From positions 735,196 to 799,195 of the forward strand of contig CAVXYW010000001.1 in NCBI GenBank assembly GCA_963766295.1: a DNA stretch of 64,000 bases, in the 5' to 3' direction. The position numbers and the translations under genes are program-made. Below the pieces are notes generated by a model, which saw only the letters and a list, made by a program, of their open reading frames with translations, was not told where the DNA came from and made no database searches. Of the stretch, positions 1-8,414 are shown piece after piece. Every line of letters begins with the position of its first letter. Position 1 is the first letter of the stretch. The stretch comes from an uncultured Actinomycetes bacterium (GTDB taxonomy: Bacteria > Actinomycetota > JAICYB01).

Positions 1-679
1 GTCCCTCCAATTCGTACAGGCGTTGTCTCGATTCTTCGATGCGAAGACGCATCACGAGAAGCGCGGCGAACAAGACGGTGAACGCCGCGAGCGAAACGAG
101 CAAGGTGAGCAACATGCTTCCGGGAAGATCGGGGCCGGAGGATCTCAAGACAGTTGGTGTCGGGTGCTGAGTTCTCCACCAGTAGACGGCGAAATGCACT
201 ACCGGGATGTCGAGAGCGCCGATCAATCCGACGACGGCCGAAAGCCGAGCGCGCCGCTCTCCGGGAGCCGAAGTCGCGCGGAATAGGAGATAGCCGGCGT
301 AGATGAGCCAGAGCACGAGCGTTGACGTAAGGCGCGCATCCCATACCCACCAAGTGCCCCACGTCCTATGGCCCCAGATCGGACCGACGGTAAGTACCAG
401 CGTGATGAAAAGCAGACCGACCTCGGCCGCGGAAACCGCGATGCGATCCCAGCGCTCCCAGTCGTCACGACGTGCGAGCACCATCACACTGGCTGCAGCA
501 ACGATGATGAAAGCGAGGTACATCACCCACGCGGTCGGCGCGTGTATGTAGAAGAGCCGTTGCACATCACCCTGTATCACCTCGGTCGGCGCATAGAAGA
601 AAGCAAGCGCTAAGGCGACTGCGATCAGACCGACGGCGCTGATCGATAGCGCCGATAGGACTTTGGCGGGCTGCTTCAT
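1..679 (-). CDS. ccmC: Heme exporter/heme delivery protein CcmC (partial, runs off left edge)
   Basis: Absent from the ORF track (no stop in window). Manual translation from ATG at 679 gives MKQPAKVLS...YIHAPTAW...GPIWGHRTWGTWWVWDARLT (Trp-rich WWD motif)...VHFAVYWWRTQHP. ATGA overlap with ccmB stop. Confidence 0.92.
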   Translation of the reverse strand, partial: MKQPAKVLSALSISAVGLIAVALALAFFYAPTEVIQGDVQRLFYIHAPTAWVMYLAFIIVAAASVMVLARRDDWERWDRIAVSAAEVGLLFITLVLTVGPIWGHRTWGTWWVWDARLTSTLVLWLIYAGYLLFRATSAPGERRARLSAVVGLIGALDIPVVHFAVYWWRTQHPTPTVLRSSGPDLPGSMLLTLLVSLAAFTVLFAALLVMRLRIEESRQRLYELEG

Positions 680-1341
680 TCTTCGAGAACGTACTCGAAA
701 AGAAGCAGGCTCGTGCCCCAGGACAGGACGTCGAATGCACACAGCAGCAGGAACCCGCTCGACACGTCGACGAGGCGTTCGTCGGCCATGTAATGGGCGA
801 GGAGCCGCACGGCGGCGATGGTCTGGGGGACCACCAACGGGAAGAGCAGTATCGGTAGGACGATCTCGCCGGCTCGGGTGCTTCCGCTGACAGCTGCGAA
901 GAGCGTGCCCCAGGAGATCAGTCCGGCCGCACCGAGCAAAGCGATGCCGATCGAAACCGGAACGCCGTCCATGTCTCCGACGAAGAAGAGCGCCGTGACC
1001 GGGACGAGGATCGCGATCAGCACACCGATCACCAGGAAGCTCGAGCTGGCCTTGGCGAGGAACAAGAGCGATGCATCAACCGGTGCTGCACGAAGGCCGT
1101 CCAGCGTGCCGTCGCGTCTTTCGGACTCGAAAGATCTGCGGAACTCGAGAACGCTGGCGAAGACGACGGCGGCCCACAGGAAACCGGCTGCCGCCTTGGG
1201 CCGCGCTTCCGATTCCGGGGGAAGTGCGAATTGAAGAGTCAGGAGGACGGCAACGGCGAACAATGCGAGCGTGCCCAGGCGCTCCAGACTGCGGGCTTCG
1301 GTCAGCGCGTCCTTCCAAAGGAGCCAAAGCAGCTTGCGCAC
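676..1341 (-). CDS. ccmB: Heme exporter permease CcmB
   Basis: 221 aa, about 6 TM; RSFESERRDGTLDGL and LPILLFPLVVP motifs; lies between ccmA and ccmC. Confidence 0.9.
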   Translation of the reverse strand: MRKLLWLLWKDALTEARSLERLGTLALFAVAVLLTLQFALPPESEARPKAAAGFLWAAVVFASVLEFRRSFESERRDGTLDGLRAAPVDASLLFLAKASSSFLVIGVLIAILVPVTALFFVGDMDGVPVSIGIALLGAAGLISWGTLFAAVSGSTRAGEIVLPILLFPLVVPQTIAAVRLLAHYMADERLVDVSSGFLLLCAFDVLSWGTSLLLFEYVLEE

Positions 1342-1343
1342 GA

Positions 1344-1964
1344 CTAAGCGCGTTCGAGCCGGCCGCGGGCCAGCGCATGAACCCGCGCGCTCGCAAGTCG
1401 CGTTCGGTCGTGGAGGGCCGCGATCACTGTGTTTGCTTTGTTGAGGAGTGACTCGACGGCTTGCGCGCCGTCGGCATCGAGGCCGGCGAACGGTTCATCG
1501 GCGATCACCAGATCCGGACTTATGCAGAACGCGCGAGCTACTCCGGCGCGCTGGCGCATCCCCTGCGAGTAGGAACCGACGACCCGCTTGTCGTCGGGAT
1601 CCAAGCCGAGCTCGCTCAGAAGTTCGCGACCTCGATCCAGTGCGCCCGGGGCGTCGTAGAGGTTTCCCCAGAATCGGATGTTCTCGAGAGCGGTCATGCG
1701 TGTGTAAAGGGACGGGGAGTGTGCGATGACACCGATGCGTCGTCGCACACTCGGGTCCGACGTTTCGCCGCCGAGCACGGCCACGCGGCCGGAAGTTGGA
1801 CGCAACAAGCCGCACAGGACCCGCAACAACGTTGTCTTCCCCGCGCCGTTGGCGCCGGTGACGGTGATGTGCTCTCCGGGTTGCACCAGAAGATCCAACC
1901 CGGAAAGCACATCAACGGATCCGAAACGACGGACGAGTCCGGTGACTTCGACGCCTCCACTCAT
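1344..1964 (-). CDS. ccmA: Heme ABC exporter ATP-binding protein CcmA
   Basis: Walker A GANGAGKT, signature YSQGM, Walker B IADEP; short (206 aa); directly upstream of ccmB. Confidence 0.85.
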   Translation of the reverse strand: MSGGVEVTGLVRRFGSVDVLSGLDLLVQPGEHITVTGANGAGKTTLLRVLCGLLRPTSGRVAVLGGETSDPSVRRRIGVIAHSPSLYTRMTALENIRFWGNLYDAPGALDRGRELLSELGLDPDDKRVVGSYSQGMRQRAGVARAFCISPDLVIADEPFAGLDADGAQAVESLLNKANTVIAALHDRTRLASARVHALARGRLERA

Positions 1965-3082
1965 GCGGGTGTCTCGACTTCGTTCGCGAGCGCCGCGGTT
2001 TGCGACTTTCTCCGCAAGCGGCGCCGACGCGATAGCGGGATCGCAACGATCGCGACGGCGAGGACTGCGGCACCGATGGGTCCGGCGATGAGGAAAGGAC
2101 TGGTGGTCTTCGCGACGATCACCAGCGCTGAAACTTTATCCGCACGTTCGAGATCCTCTGCCGAGTACCTACGATAGGAACGTTGCGCGGATGCCGGGCC
2201 GACCTCTGCGTCACCGCTTCGCTCCAGGCCTTCGGACGGTTGCGCGTCGAGCTCGCCTCCAACGAGCAAGTCGAAACGCTCGGTTGGGATCTGGATGGAA
2301 CGCTGGAAACGGATCCCGTCGGCGTCTGACTGAACGGGATAGGTGTACGTGATGTCGTGGCGTCCGGGAAGGATTGGTGTTCTCGCGACGATCTGTCCTT
2401 CGGTGATGGAAGCGCGCCGCTCGTCGAAGCCCTGCTGAACTTGTATCGCAGTGCCGCCGGGCAGCACAGGCAATCGGAGTTCACCGATATACGCGCTTTC
2501 GCCGCCGTTGCGAATGCTCACTGCGTGTACGGCCTGCGCCCCGCGAGAGTCGCCGACGATAGCGACCGACTCCACTTCGACGCGCAGGTCCCCAGCGCTT
2601 CGCGTCGTCTCCGCGACCCGGATTCGGATCGGGTCGCCTCTTTCATTGCCGCCACGCACCACGGGGCCGGCGAATCGCGTCTCGTCGAAAACGGCTTGAA
2701 CGATCGCGGGTCGACCGGGATTGATGTCTGCATCCTCGAAAAGCACTCGTCCGTCTTCATCCGTCTCGGAGGACGCGGCGACCACGAAGTCCCCTTCCTT
2801 CTCGTCGAAGGCGGCGAGCTCGACGGTGATGCCGTCCATCGGCTCGTTGTTTGCGTTCGTGACGAGTGCGTTGACGTCGTCCGTCATCGGTGTGCTTTCC
2901 GCGTCGGGAGCAGCGGTAGACAGCTCAACGTTCGGAATGAGCTCCTCGGGGTCGAGCGCGTTGGTTGCCGCTAGGAACCCCGAAAAGACAACAACGGCAC
3001 CGCCGATACCGACGATGACCGTCGCCAGCGGTCTCGGCATCGCGAGGAAGCCGGAGAGCCGCAGTCGAAGCACGCCCACCAT
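1961..3082 (-). CDS. Membrane-anchored hypothetical protein with beta-rich (Ig/carboxypeptidase-regulatory-like) extracellular region
   Basis: 373 aa ORF with N-terminal hydrophobic segment and C-terminal TM followed by RRRRLRRK; 4-nt overlap with ccmA start. Start uncertain (frame stays open upstream). Confidence 0.65.
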   Translation of the reverse strand: MVGVLRLRLSGFLAMPRPLATVIVGIGGAVVVFSGFLAATNALDPEELIPNVELSTAAPDAESTPMTDDVNALVTNANNEPMDGITVELAAFDEKEGDFVVAASSETDEDGRVLFEDADINPGRPAIVQAVFDETRFAGPVVRGGNERGDPIRIRVAETTRSAGDLRVEVESVAIVGDSRGAQAVHAVSIRNGGESAYIGELRLPVLPGGTAIQVQQGFDERRASITEGQIVARTPILPGRHDITYTYPVQSDADGIRFQRSIQIPTERFDLLVGGELDAQPSEGLERSGDAEVGPASAQRSYRRYSAEDLERADKVSALVIVAKTTSPFLIAGPIGAAVLAVAIVAIPLSRRRRLRRKSQTAALANEVETPA

Positions 3083-3138
3083 GCATAAGGTGACGCCGCC
3101 GAGAGCAAGAGCGATGACGATGGTTGCTTGTCGCAGGC

Positions 3139-3144
3139 TATACT
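3139..3144 (+). promoter_or_regulatory. Putative -10 element for the ccoN-like gene
   Basis: TATACT about 50 nt upstream of ATG 3195; GGAGG Shine-Dalgarno just before the ATG. No convincing -35. Confidence 0.35.
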
Positions 3145-3194
3145 CCGCGCGATCTTCCAGGCAGCGGCTTCAAAGGGCTTTAGATGGAGGATAG

Positions 3195-4607
3195 ATGGTC
3201 GAGGCGCGCGCCACTTCCGCAAATCAAATAGAGCCCGACTTCGCCGCTCGGCAGTCGCTTCTTTGGGCGATCGCTTGGCTCGTTGGCGGTGTGACGGTGA
3301 CACTTGCTGCGCAGCTCCTTCTGATCCGGCCGGACATCACAGGAGATCTCGGCTTTTTGTCTTATGGGCGGCTTCGTGGCGTCGCCGACACCACCATCGT
3401 CTTCGGATGGCTCGCGGTGGCGGGCTTCGCGGCGATCTACGCACTCATACCGCGGATCACCGAGGTGCAGCTCCACAACGAAGTGCTGGGCGCCGCTACG
3501 ACGCTTACTTGGAGCGTCGTCGTAACCGGAGGCATCCTTGCGTTGGTGCTCGGCATAAACCAGGGGCGTCCGTTGGGCGAGCTACCGGCCGGCGCAGATC
3601 TGGGCATGGCCCTTCTGCTCGCCTTCGTCCTGTTCAACGCCGGCGTAACGGTGGTGCGACGGCGGGAACGCACGCTGTACGTGACCGGGTGGTTCCTCCT
3701 CGCCGCGGCTTTGCTCGCACCCGTCGTTTTCGTGATCGGAAATCTTCCCGTTTTTGAAGGCGTTACGGACTCGATCGTGAGCGGCTTCTACCTGAACGGC
3801 ATCGAGATGTTGTGGCTTCTGCCCATCGCGCTGGGTGTCGCCCACTACGTGATACCGGTCGAGACGGGCAAGGCTCTTTACTCCGCGACCCTGGCACGCA
3901 CGACGTTCTGGAGCTTGATCTTCTCCGGCGGCTGGGCCGGACAACGCTTCTTCCTCGGCGGCCCGGCACCCGACTACTTGGAAACGATCGCGGTCGCCAT
4001 GACTTTGGTGCTTCTCGTTCCCGTCCTCTCCTCGGCAGCGAATCTCTATGCGACCGGCCGGGATCGATGGGAGCTGATCTCCAAGTCCTATTCGTTGCGA
4101 TTCGCGACGACCGGACTCGCGCTTCTCGTTGCATGGATTGTTCTTCTGGCGTTCAGCGCGATGCCCGCGGTGTCCCGATTCTTTGGGTTGACGGCGTGGG
4201 GTGCGGGCCTCCGCCATCTCGCGATCTTCGGAGTCTTTTCGTCCTTTGCGTTTGCACTCATCTATCACCTGTACCCGCTGATGGTCGGGCGAGACTGGTT
4301 CTCGCGCTCGGTTGCTTCCTTCCACTTCTGGACGACCCAGATCGGTGTGATCGTCGGCACGGTCGCCTTGTTTGCGATCGGGGCAGCACAGTCGGTCCAG
4401 TCGAGCTTGTCCACGGGAGCACAGGCAACGCTGCCGAACACGAACGTGATCGGGTTGTTGCGGGTTGTATCGGCCGCGGCGTTTGCCGCGGTCGTCGTGG
4501 CGCAGTACGCACTGGCGTACAACACGTTCAGGACTTCGCGGTCCGGTCCCTTCGTTCAGACCCCGTCCACCGGTGTTTTGACGTCGGCAACGGAGCGTTC
4601 GTCTTGA
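3195..4607 (+). CDS. cbb3-type cytochrome c oxidase subunit I (CcoN)-like protein with degenerate metal ligands
   Basis: 470 aa, about 12 TM, collinear with CcoN (SYGRLR, GELP, LYVTGWF, WAG, LRF, HFW), but most ligand His are replaced (see findings). Confidence 0.85.
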   Translation: MVEARATSANQIEPDFAARQSLLWAIAWLVGGVTVTLAAQLLLIRPDITGDLGFLSYGRLRGVADTTIVFGWLAVAGFAAIYALIPRITEVQLHNEVLGAATTLTWSVVVTGGILALVLGINQGRPLGELPAGADLGMALLLAFVLFNAGVTVVRRRERTLYVTGWFLLAAALLAPVVFVIGNLPVFEGVTDSIVSGFYLNGIEMLWLLPIALGVAHYVIPVETGKALYSATLARTTFWSLIFSGGWAGQRFFLGGPAPDYLETIAVAMTLVLLVPVLSSAANLYATGRDRWELISKSYSLRFATTGLALLVAWIVLLAFSAMPAVSRFFGLTAWGAGLRHLAIFGVFSSFAFALIYHLYPLMVGRDWFSRSVASFHFWTTQIGVIVGTVALFAIGAAQSVQSSLSTGAQATLPNTNVIGLLRVVSAAAFAAVVVAQYALAYNTFRTSRSGPFVQTPSTGVLTSATERSS

Positions 4608-5044
4608 AGCTGCGCGCCGATCGCAGGGTCGGACTACTCCTCGGCGGCGTCGTCCTTCTCATGTTCGTAGCCATCGGCGCGACGATCGCGTTGCCGGCGA
4701 CTGATTCGTCCCTGAAAGGCGAAGCTACGGAGTTGTCCGAAGCGGAAGAGCGCGGAATGAAGGTCTACCGAAGCGAAGGCTGTTGGTACTGCCATTCGCA
4801 GTACGTGCGAGATACCGAACGTGGTGGTGATGAGCCTTTGGATGCCGCGGCTTATTCGAGCCGCTCGCCGTCCATGCTGGGACTCGAGCGCATAGGTCTC
4901 GATCTGACGCACGGGCCCACGCTCACAGGCAGCGCGCTCACCGAGTTCCTTGCCGGCGGAGAAGACGGCCACGCCCCGCCGTACGGATACCTGTCGGACG
5001 AAGACCTCGAGGCACTCACCGCTTACCTGTTGTCTTTGCAGTGA
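4604..5044 (+). CDS. cbb3-type oxidase subunit II (CcoO)-like monoheme cytochrome c
   Basis: TTG start overlapping the ccoN-like stop (TTGA); one N-terminal TM; VYRSEGCWYCHSQYVR and RIGLDL match the CcoO EGCxxCHSQ and RTGPDL patterns. Confidence 0.85.
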   Translation: MKLRADRRVGLLLGGVVLLMFVAIGATIALPATDSSLKGEATELSEAEERGMKVYRSEGCWYCHSQYVRDTERGGDEPLDAAAYSSRSPSMLGLERIGLDLTHGPTLTGSALTEFLAGGEDGHAPPYGYLSDEDLEALTAYLLSLQ

Positions 5045-5184
5045 GTCTTCGCGACACCTTCATTCAGCTCGGCTTCGTCGTTCTTGCTGCCGGTGTGGTC
5101 GTCGCCGTCCGAACACTTTTCGTATTCCGCTTCAAGGACAAGCCGAAAGCGAAATCTAAACGGCCCGAACGTCCGAAAACGTGA
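5041..5184 (+). CDS. 47-aa single-TM protein, CcoQ-like by position
   Basis: GTGA overlap with ccoO-like stop; MSLRDTFIQLGFVVLAAGVVVAVRTLFVFRFKDKPKAKSKRPERPKT (one TM plus basic tail). Too short for the ORF track. Confidence 0.55.
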   Translation: MSLRDTFIQLGFVVLAAGVVVAVRTLFVFRFKDKPKAKSKRPERPKT

Positions 5185-5668
5185 TGCTGCGTAAGGCTTC
5201 GCGGAAGGCGGAACGTCCCGCGAAGAACGCACCGTCGTCGTTGGCGAACGCCGCCCGGTAAACGACTCGAACGTTCCAGCGCGGAATAAAGATCGCTTCC
5301 TGACGACCTCCAACGGCCGGACCGACGTAAGTCAGGAGGGTCGCGTCGTAGTCGTCCACCTCGAAGTCTTCTTGTTTCGACCCGACGTTCTGCTCGAGGA
5401 GGCCCTTCCTGTACTCATCAACCGTGGTTTTGGAATTCAGATAGATGTCGAAGACGGCCTTGGCCGTGCCGGCACGATCTGAATCGGCATCGCCCGTGCT
5501 GCCGTTGGCCAGTTGCAGGTTGTCGCCACCACGGCTTGTCACTCGCCAGCCCTTGGGAACGTCGATCGACATTGGACCGACTGAGGTCGTCCCCTCAGCG
5601 CATGCCGTCGCGGCGAGCGCTGCGATGAAGAACACCAGCACCGGTCTCGACGGCGATCTCAATCCCAT
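5156..5668 (-). CDS. Hypothetical lipoprotein
   Basis: 3' part of ORF 5156..6385 from MGLRSPSRPVLVFFIAALAATAC (signal peptide and lipobox-like Cys); follows the ABC permease. Confidence 0.6.
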   Translation of the reverse strand: MGLRSPSRPVLVFFIAALAATACAEGTTSVGPMSIDVPKGWRVTSRGGDNLQLANGSTGDADSDRAGTAKAVFDIYLNSKTTVDEYRKGLLEQNVGSKQEDFEVDDYDATLLTYVGPAVGGRQEAIFIPRWNVRVVYRAAFANDDGAFFAGRSAFREALRSITFSDVRAV

Positions 5669-6375
5669 CGGAATGTGATCGCGGCGACGAGGCATGTGAT
5701 CGCGGCCCACACTCCCAGCGTTGCAAGGGAGCCGGTGTCCCACGCGGCTTCGGAGAGCGCAGCTCTCACCGCGGTTGCCAACGGTTCTGCAGGAAGCGCG
5801 CGCGCGAAGTTGGCGACGCCGTCCGGAAGTCGCGACAGCGGAACGACGATGCCGCCGAGCAAAAGGAACAGGAGAAAGAGCGCGTTCGCTACGGCAAGGT
5901 TCGTCTCTGCTCTCAGGCGTCCGGCCAGAAGGAAACCTAAGCCCCCGAATGCCGCCGTACCGAGGGCCAGCGCCACGACGGCAGATGAAGCGCTGGCTTG
6001 GGGCGACCATCCCAAAGCGAAGGCTGCACCGACGACGACGCCGGATTGGAGTGCAACGAGGACTAGCAAGCTGGCCGTCTTGGCGAGGAGCAAACCGCTT
6101 CGCCCGAGCGGAGTTATTCCCAACCGTCGCAGCACGCCGGCGTGACGCTCGAAACCGGTAGCGATGCTGAGATTGGTCATCGCGCTCGAAATTATCGAGA
6201 GAGCCAGCACGCCCGGTGTTAGGAAGTCGACCGCGCGTCCTTCGTGAGGAAGAACGTCCACGAAAGAAAAGAAGACGAGGATCCCGACCGGGATGATCAG
6301 CGAAACGAGCAAGCTCTCTCCCCGGCGGAGGGTGAGGGTCAGTTCGATGCGGGCCTGGGCCGAAATGCGCTTCAT
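5659..6375 (-). CDS. ABC-2 type transporter permease
   Basis: 238 aa, 6 TM; FLTPGVLALS and FERHAGVLRRLGITPL motifs. Confidence 0.85.
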   Translation of the reverse strand: MKRISAQARIELTLTLRRGESLLVSLIIPVGILVFFSFVDVLPHEGRAVDFLTPGVLALSIISSAMTNLSIATGFERHAGVLRRLGITPLGRSGLLLAKTASLLVLVALQSGVVVGAAFALGWSPQASASSAVVALALGTAAFGGLGFLLAGRLRAETNLAVANALFLLFLLLGGIVVPLSRLPDGVANFARALPAEPLATAVRAALSEAAWDTGSLATLGVWAAITCLVAAITFRWD

Positions 6376-7307
6376 TCGGCTTCACTCTCAGGTCGATCGC
6401 CGGTAAGGTCGAGGTAGACCTCCTCGAGCGAACGGGCGCCGACGTCCAAAGAACGGAACAGAACTCCGCGTGCTGCGAGCCAAGTAGCGAGCCGCGATAT
6501 CAAGTGCGGAGTCGGGTCGTCGGATTCAACGCGATAGGTGCGAGGTGCCGTCGACGTCACCGACACACCGAGCGCTGCGGTCAAACCATCAGGATCGATT
6601 TGGGAGGCCGTCTCGAATGTGATCCGCGCGTCCTTTCGCGCGGCGAGTTCGGCCGGGCTCCCGAGTGCGACGAGCTCGCCGCGCGAAAGGATCGCAACGC
6701 GGTCCGCCAGCTTCTCCGCCTCGTTGATGAGATGCGTGGTGAGCACGATCGTGGCGCCACGACGCTTCAATCCGGCGACTATGTCCCACGTCGTTCGTCG
6801 TCCCTCTATGTCCATCTCTGCCGTTGGCTCGTCGAGGAACAGAAGGTCGGGCCGACCGACCAATGCGAGAGCGAGTGACAGACGGCGACGCTCGCCACCA
6901 GACAAACGGCGATATGTGGTCTTGCGCACGCGATCGATGCCTATGCGCTCCATCAGTTCTCTTGGGTCTTCGGGATCGTCGTAGAACGAGGCGAAGAGCC
7001 GGACGGCCTCTTCGGCTCTGATCCCGGCGTAGAGGTCGCCTTCCTGCGGCATCACTCCGACCCGATGAGAAACGCCGCGAGCCCCGGGATCATCGCCGAG
7101 GACGCGCACCTTGCCCGAATCGAGTTTGCGCAGGCCTTCGAGGATCTCGACCGTGGTCGTTTTGCCGGCGCCGTTCGGGCCGAGGATCACGAAGATCTCG
7201 GCAGGCAAGACTTCGAAGGAGATATCGCGTACGACGGTGTGCGGGCCGTAGGCCTTCACGAGCCCCTCTACCTCGATGAGGCCACTTTGCGGTGACTCTT
7301 TCGTCAT
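6372..7307 (-). CDS. ABC transporter ATP-binding protein (DrrA-like exporter)
   Basis: GPNGAGKT, LSGGE, LFLDEP, TTH motifs. Confidence 0.9.
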   Translation of the reverse strand: MTKESPQSGLIEVEGLVKAYGPHTVVRDISFEVLPAEIFVILGPNGAGKTTTVEILEGLRKLDSGKVRVLGDDPGARGVSHRVGVMPQEGDLYAGIRAEEAVRLFASFYDDPEDPRELMERIGIDRVRKTTYRRLSGGERRRLSLALALVGRPDLLFLDEPTAEMDIEGRRTTWDIVAGLKRRGATIVLTTHLINEAEKLADRVAILSRGELVALGSPAELAARKDARITFETASQIDPDGLTAALGVSVTSTAPRTYRVESDDPTPHLISRLATWLAARGVLFRSLDVGARSLEEVYLDLTGDRPESEAE

Positions 7308-8341
7308 CGGTTGCGCATCGTTGCGCGCTCGGCCAGCTCTCGAAGCTGGATTTCGGCGTCTGGTTCCAGGTTCCCGTTGGCCAATGCCTTGGTTGCTTGC
7401 TCGGCAAGATCTGCGATGAGTTCGTTGGTGCGATCGAGCGCTCCGGAAGCCGTAATCACTTCTCTGATCCTGTCGGCGTCCTCGTGCGTAAGTTCAGAGT
7501 TGCCGACCCACTTCTCGAGTTCGTCGCCTTGACTTCCCGTCGCAAGAACTCGTGCCTTCGCGAGCAACACGGTTTGCTTCCCCTCACGCAGATCACCGTC
7601 GCCGTCCTTGCCCGTTTGCGTCGGATCACCGAACACACCGAGAACGTCATCGCGGATCTGGAAGGCTTCACCCAAGGGACGGCCGTATTCGTCGAGCGTG
7701 TTGATCACCGCGTCGTCGTCGGTCGCCAGTAACGCGCCGATGACGAGGGGATCGGCCACGGAGTACCCGCCTGACTTCAAAGCACCGATTCGTCGCGCAA
7801 CGTCTTCATCGGCTTCCCCGCGGTATGCAGCGAGCAAGTCCAAGTACTGCCCGCCGATCGCGTGCAAGCGCATGCGGTCGTATCGATCCGAAGCTCGCAT
7901 CGTTGCCTCGATCGGGAAGCCGGCCGAGTAGAAAAGGCGGTCGGCCAGCACGAAGCCCAAGAGTCCGGTGAGGATCGCCGCGGACGTTCCGAAGCGCACC
8001 GGGTCTCCGCGGTGAGGGACACCCGCGGCCAGCTCGGCCAATGCGCGGAACGTAGTGGCGCGGCTACGCCGCGATGACGATCCGTCCATCACGTCGTCGT
8101 GAATGAGAGCGAAGGTGTGGAGGAGCTCGAGAGAAGCGCCGGCTCTGATGATCGATGGAGAGTCCGTGCCGCCGGCGGCTCGGTGTCCCCAGTAGCAGAA
8201 AAGAGGACGAAGTCGCTTTCCGCCGGCCGAGATGAGCGCTTCGATCTCGTCGAGCAACGGATGCGCTTCTTGGTCCAGCGTTTCGCGCTCGGTTTCCAGA
8301 TAGCGCAGAAGCGTTCGCGTGATCTTTGTCGCTATATCCAT
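7304..8341 (-). CDS. Polyprenyl diphosphate synthase (short-chain FPP/GGPP synthase type)
   Basis: GGKRLRP, FARM HDDVMD..RR, GQYLDL, SARM-like FQIRDD, GDLREGK. Start taken at MDIATKIT inside ORF 7304..8590. Confidence 0.88.
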   Translation of the reverse strand: MDIATKITRTLLRYLETERETLDQEAHPLLDEIEALISAGGKRLRPLFCYWGHRAAGGTDSPSIIRAGASLELLHTFALIHDDVMDGSSSRRSRATTFRALAELAAGVPHRGDPVRFGTSAAILTGLLGFVLADRLFYSAGFPIEATMRASDRYDRMRLHAIGGQYLDLLAAYRGEADEDVARRIGALKSGGYSVADPLVIGALLATDDDAVINTLDEYGRPLGEAFQIRDDVLGVFGDPTQTGKDGDGDLREGKQTVLLAKARVLATGSQGDELEKWVGNSELTHEDADRIREVITASGALDRTNELIADLAEQATKALANGNLEPDAEIQLRELAERATMRNR

Positions 8342-8414
8342 CGGTGAAGTCTGCCCCATGGGAGCAAAGACACCGGCGCGTGGCCTCGCGGGCTCAGATA
8401 GGGTTGCCCCGCCG

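Noticed and set aside
3195-4607. ccoN-like gene as nitric oxide reductase NorB or as a pseudogene
   Set aside because: NorB also needs the six His, and the motifs match CcoN. The ORF is full length, with no stops or frameshifts, and is coupled to the next gene.
5659-7307. ABC exporter near ctaA as a novel association
   Set aside because: An ABC ATPase/permease pair near the Cox15-like gene is a familiar actinobacterial arrangement.
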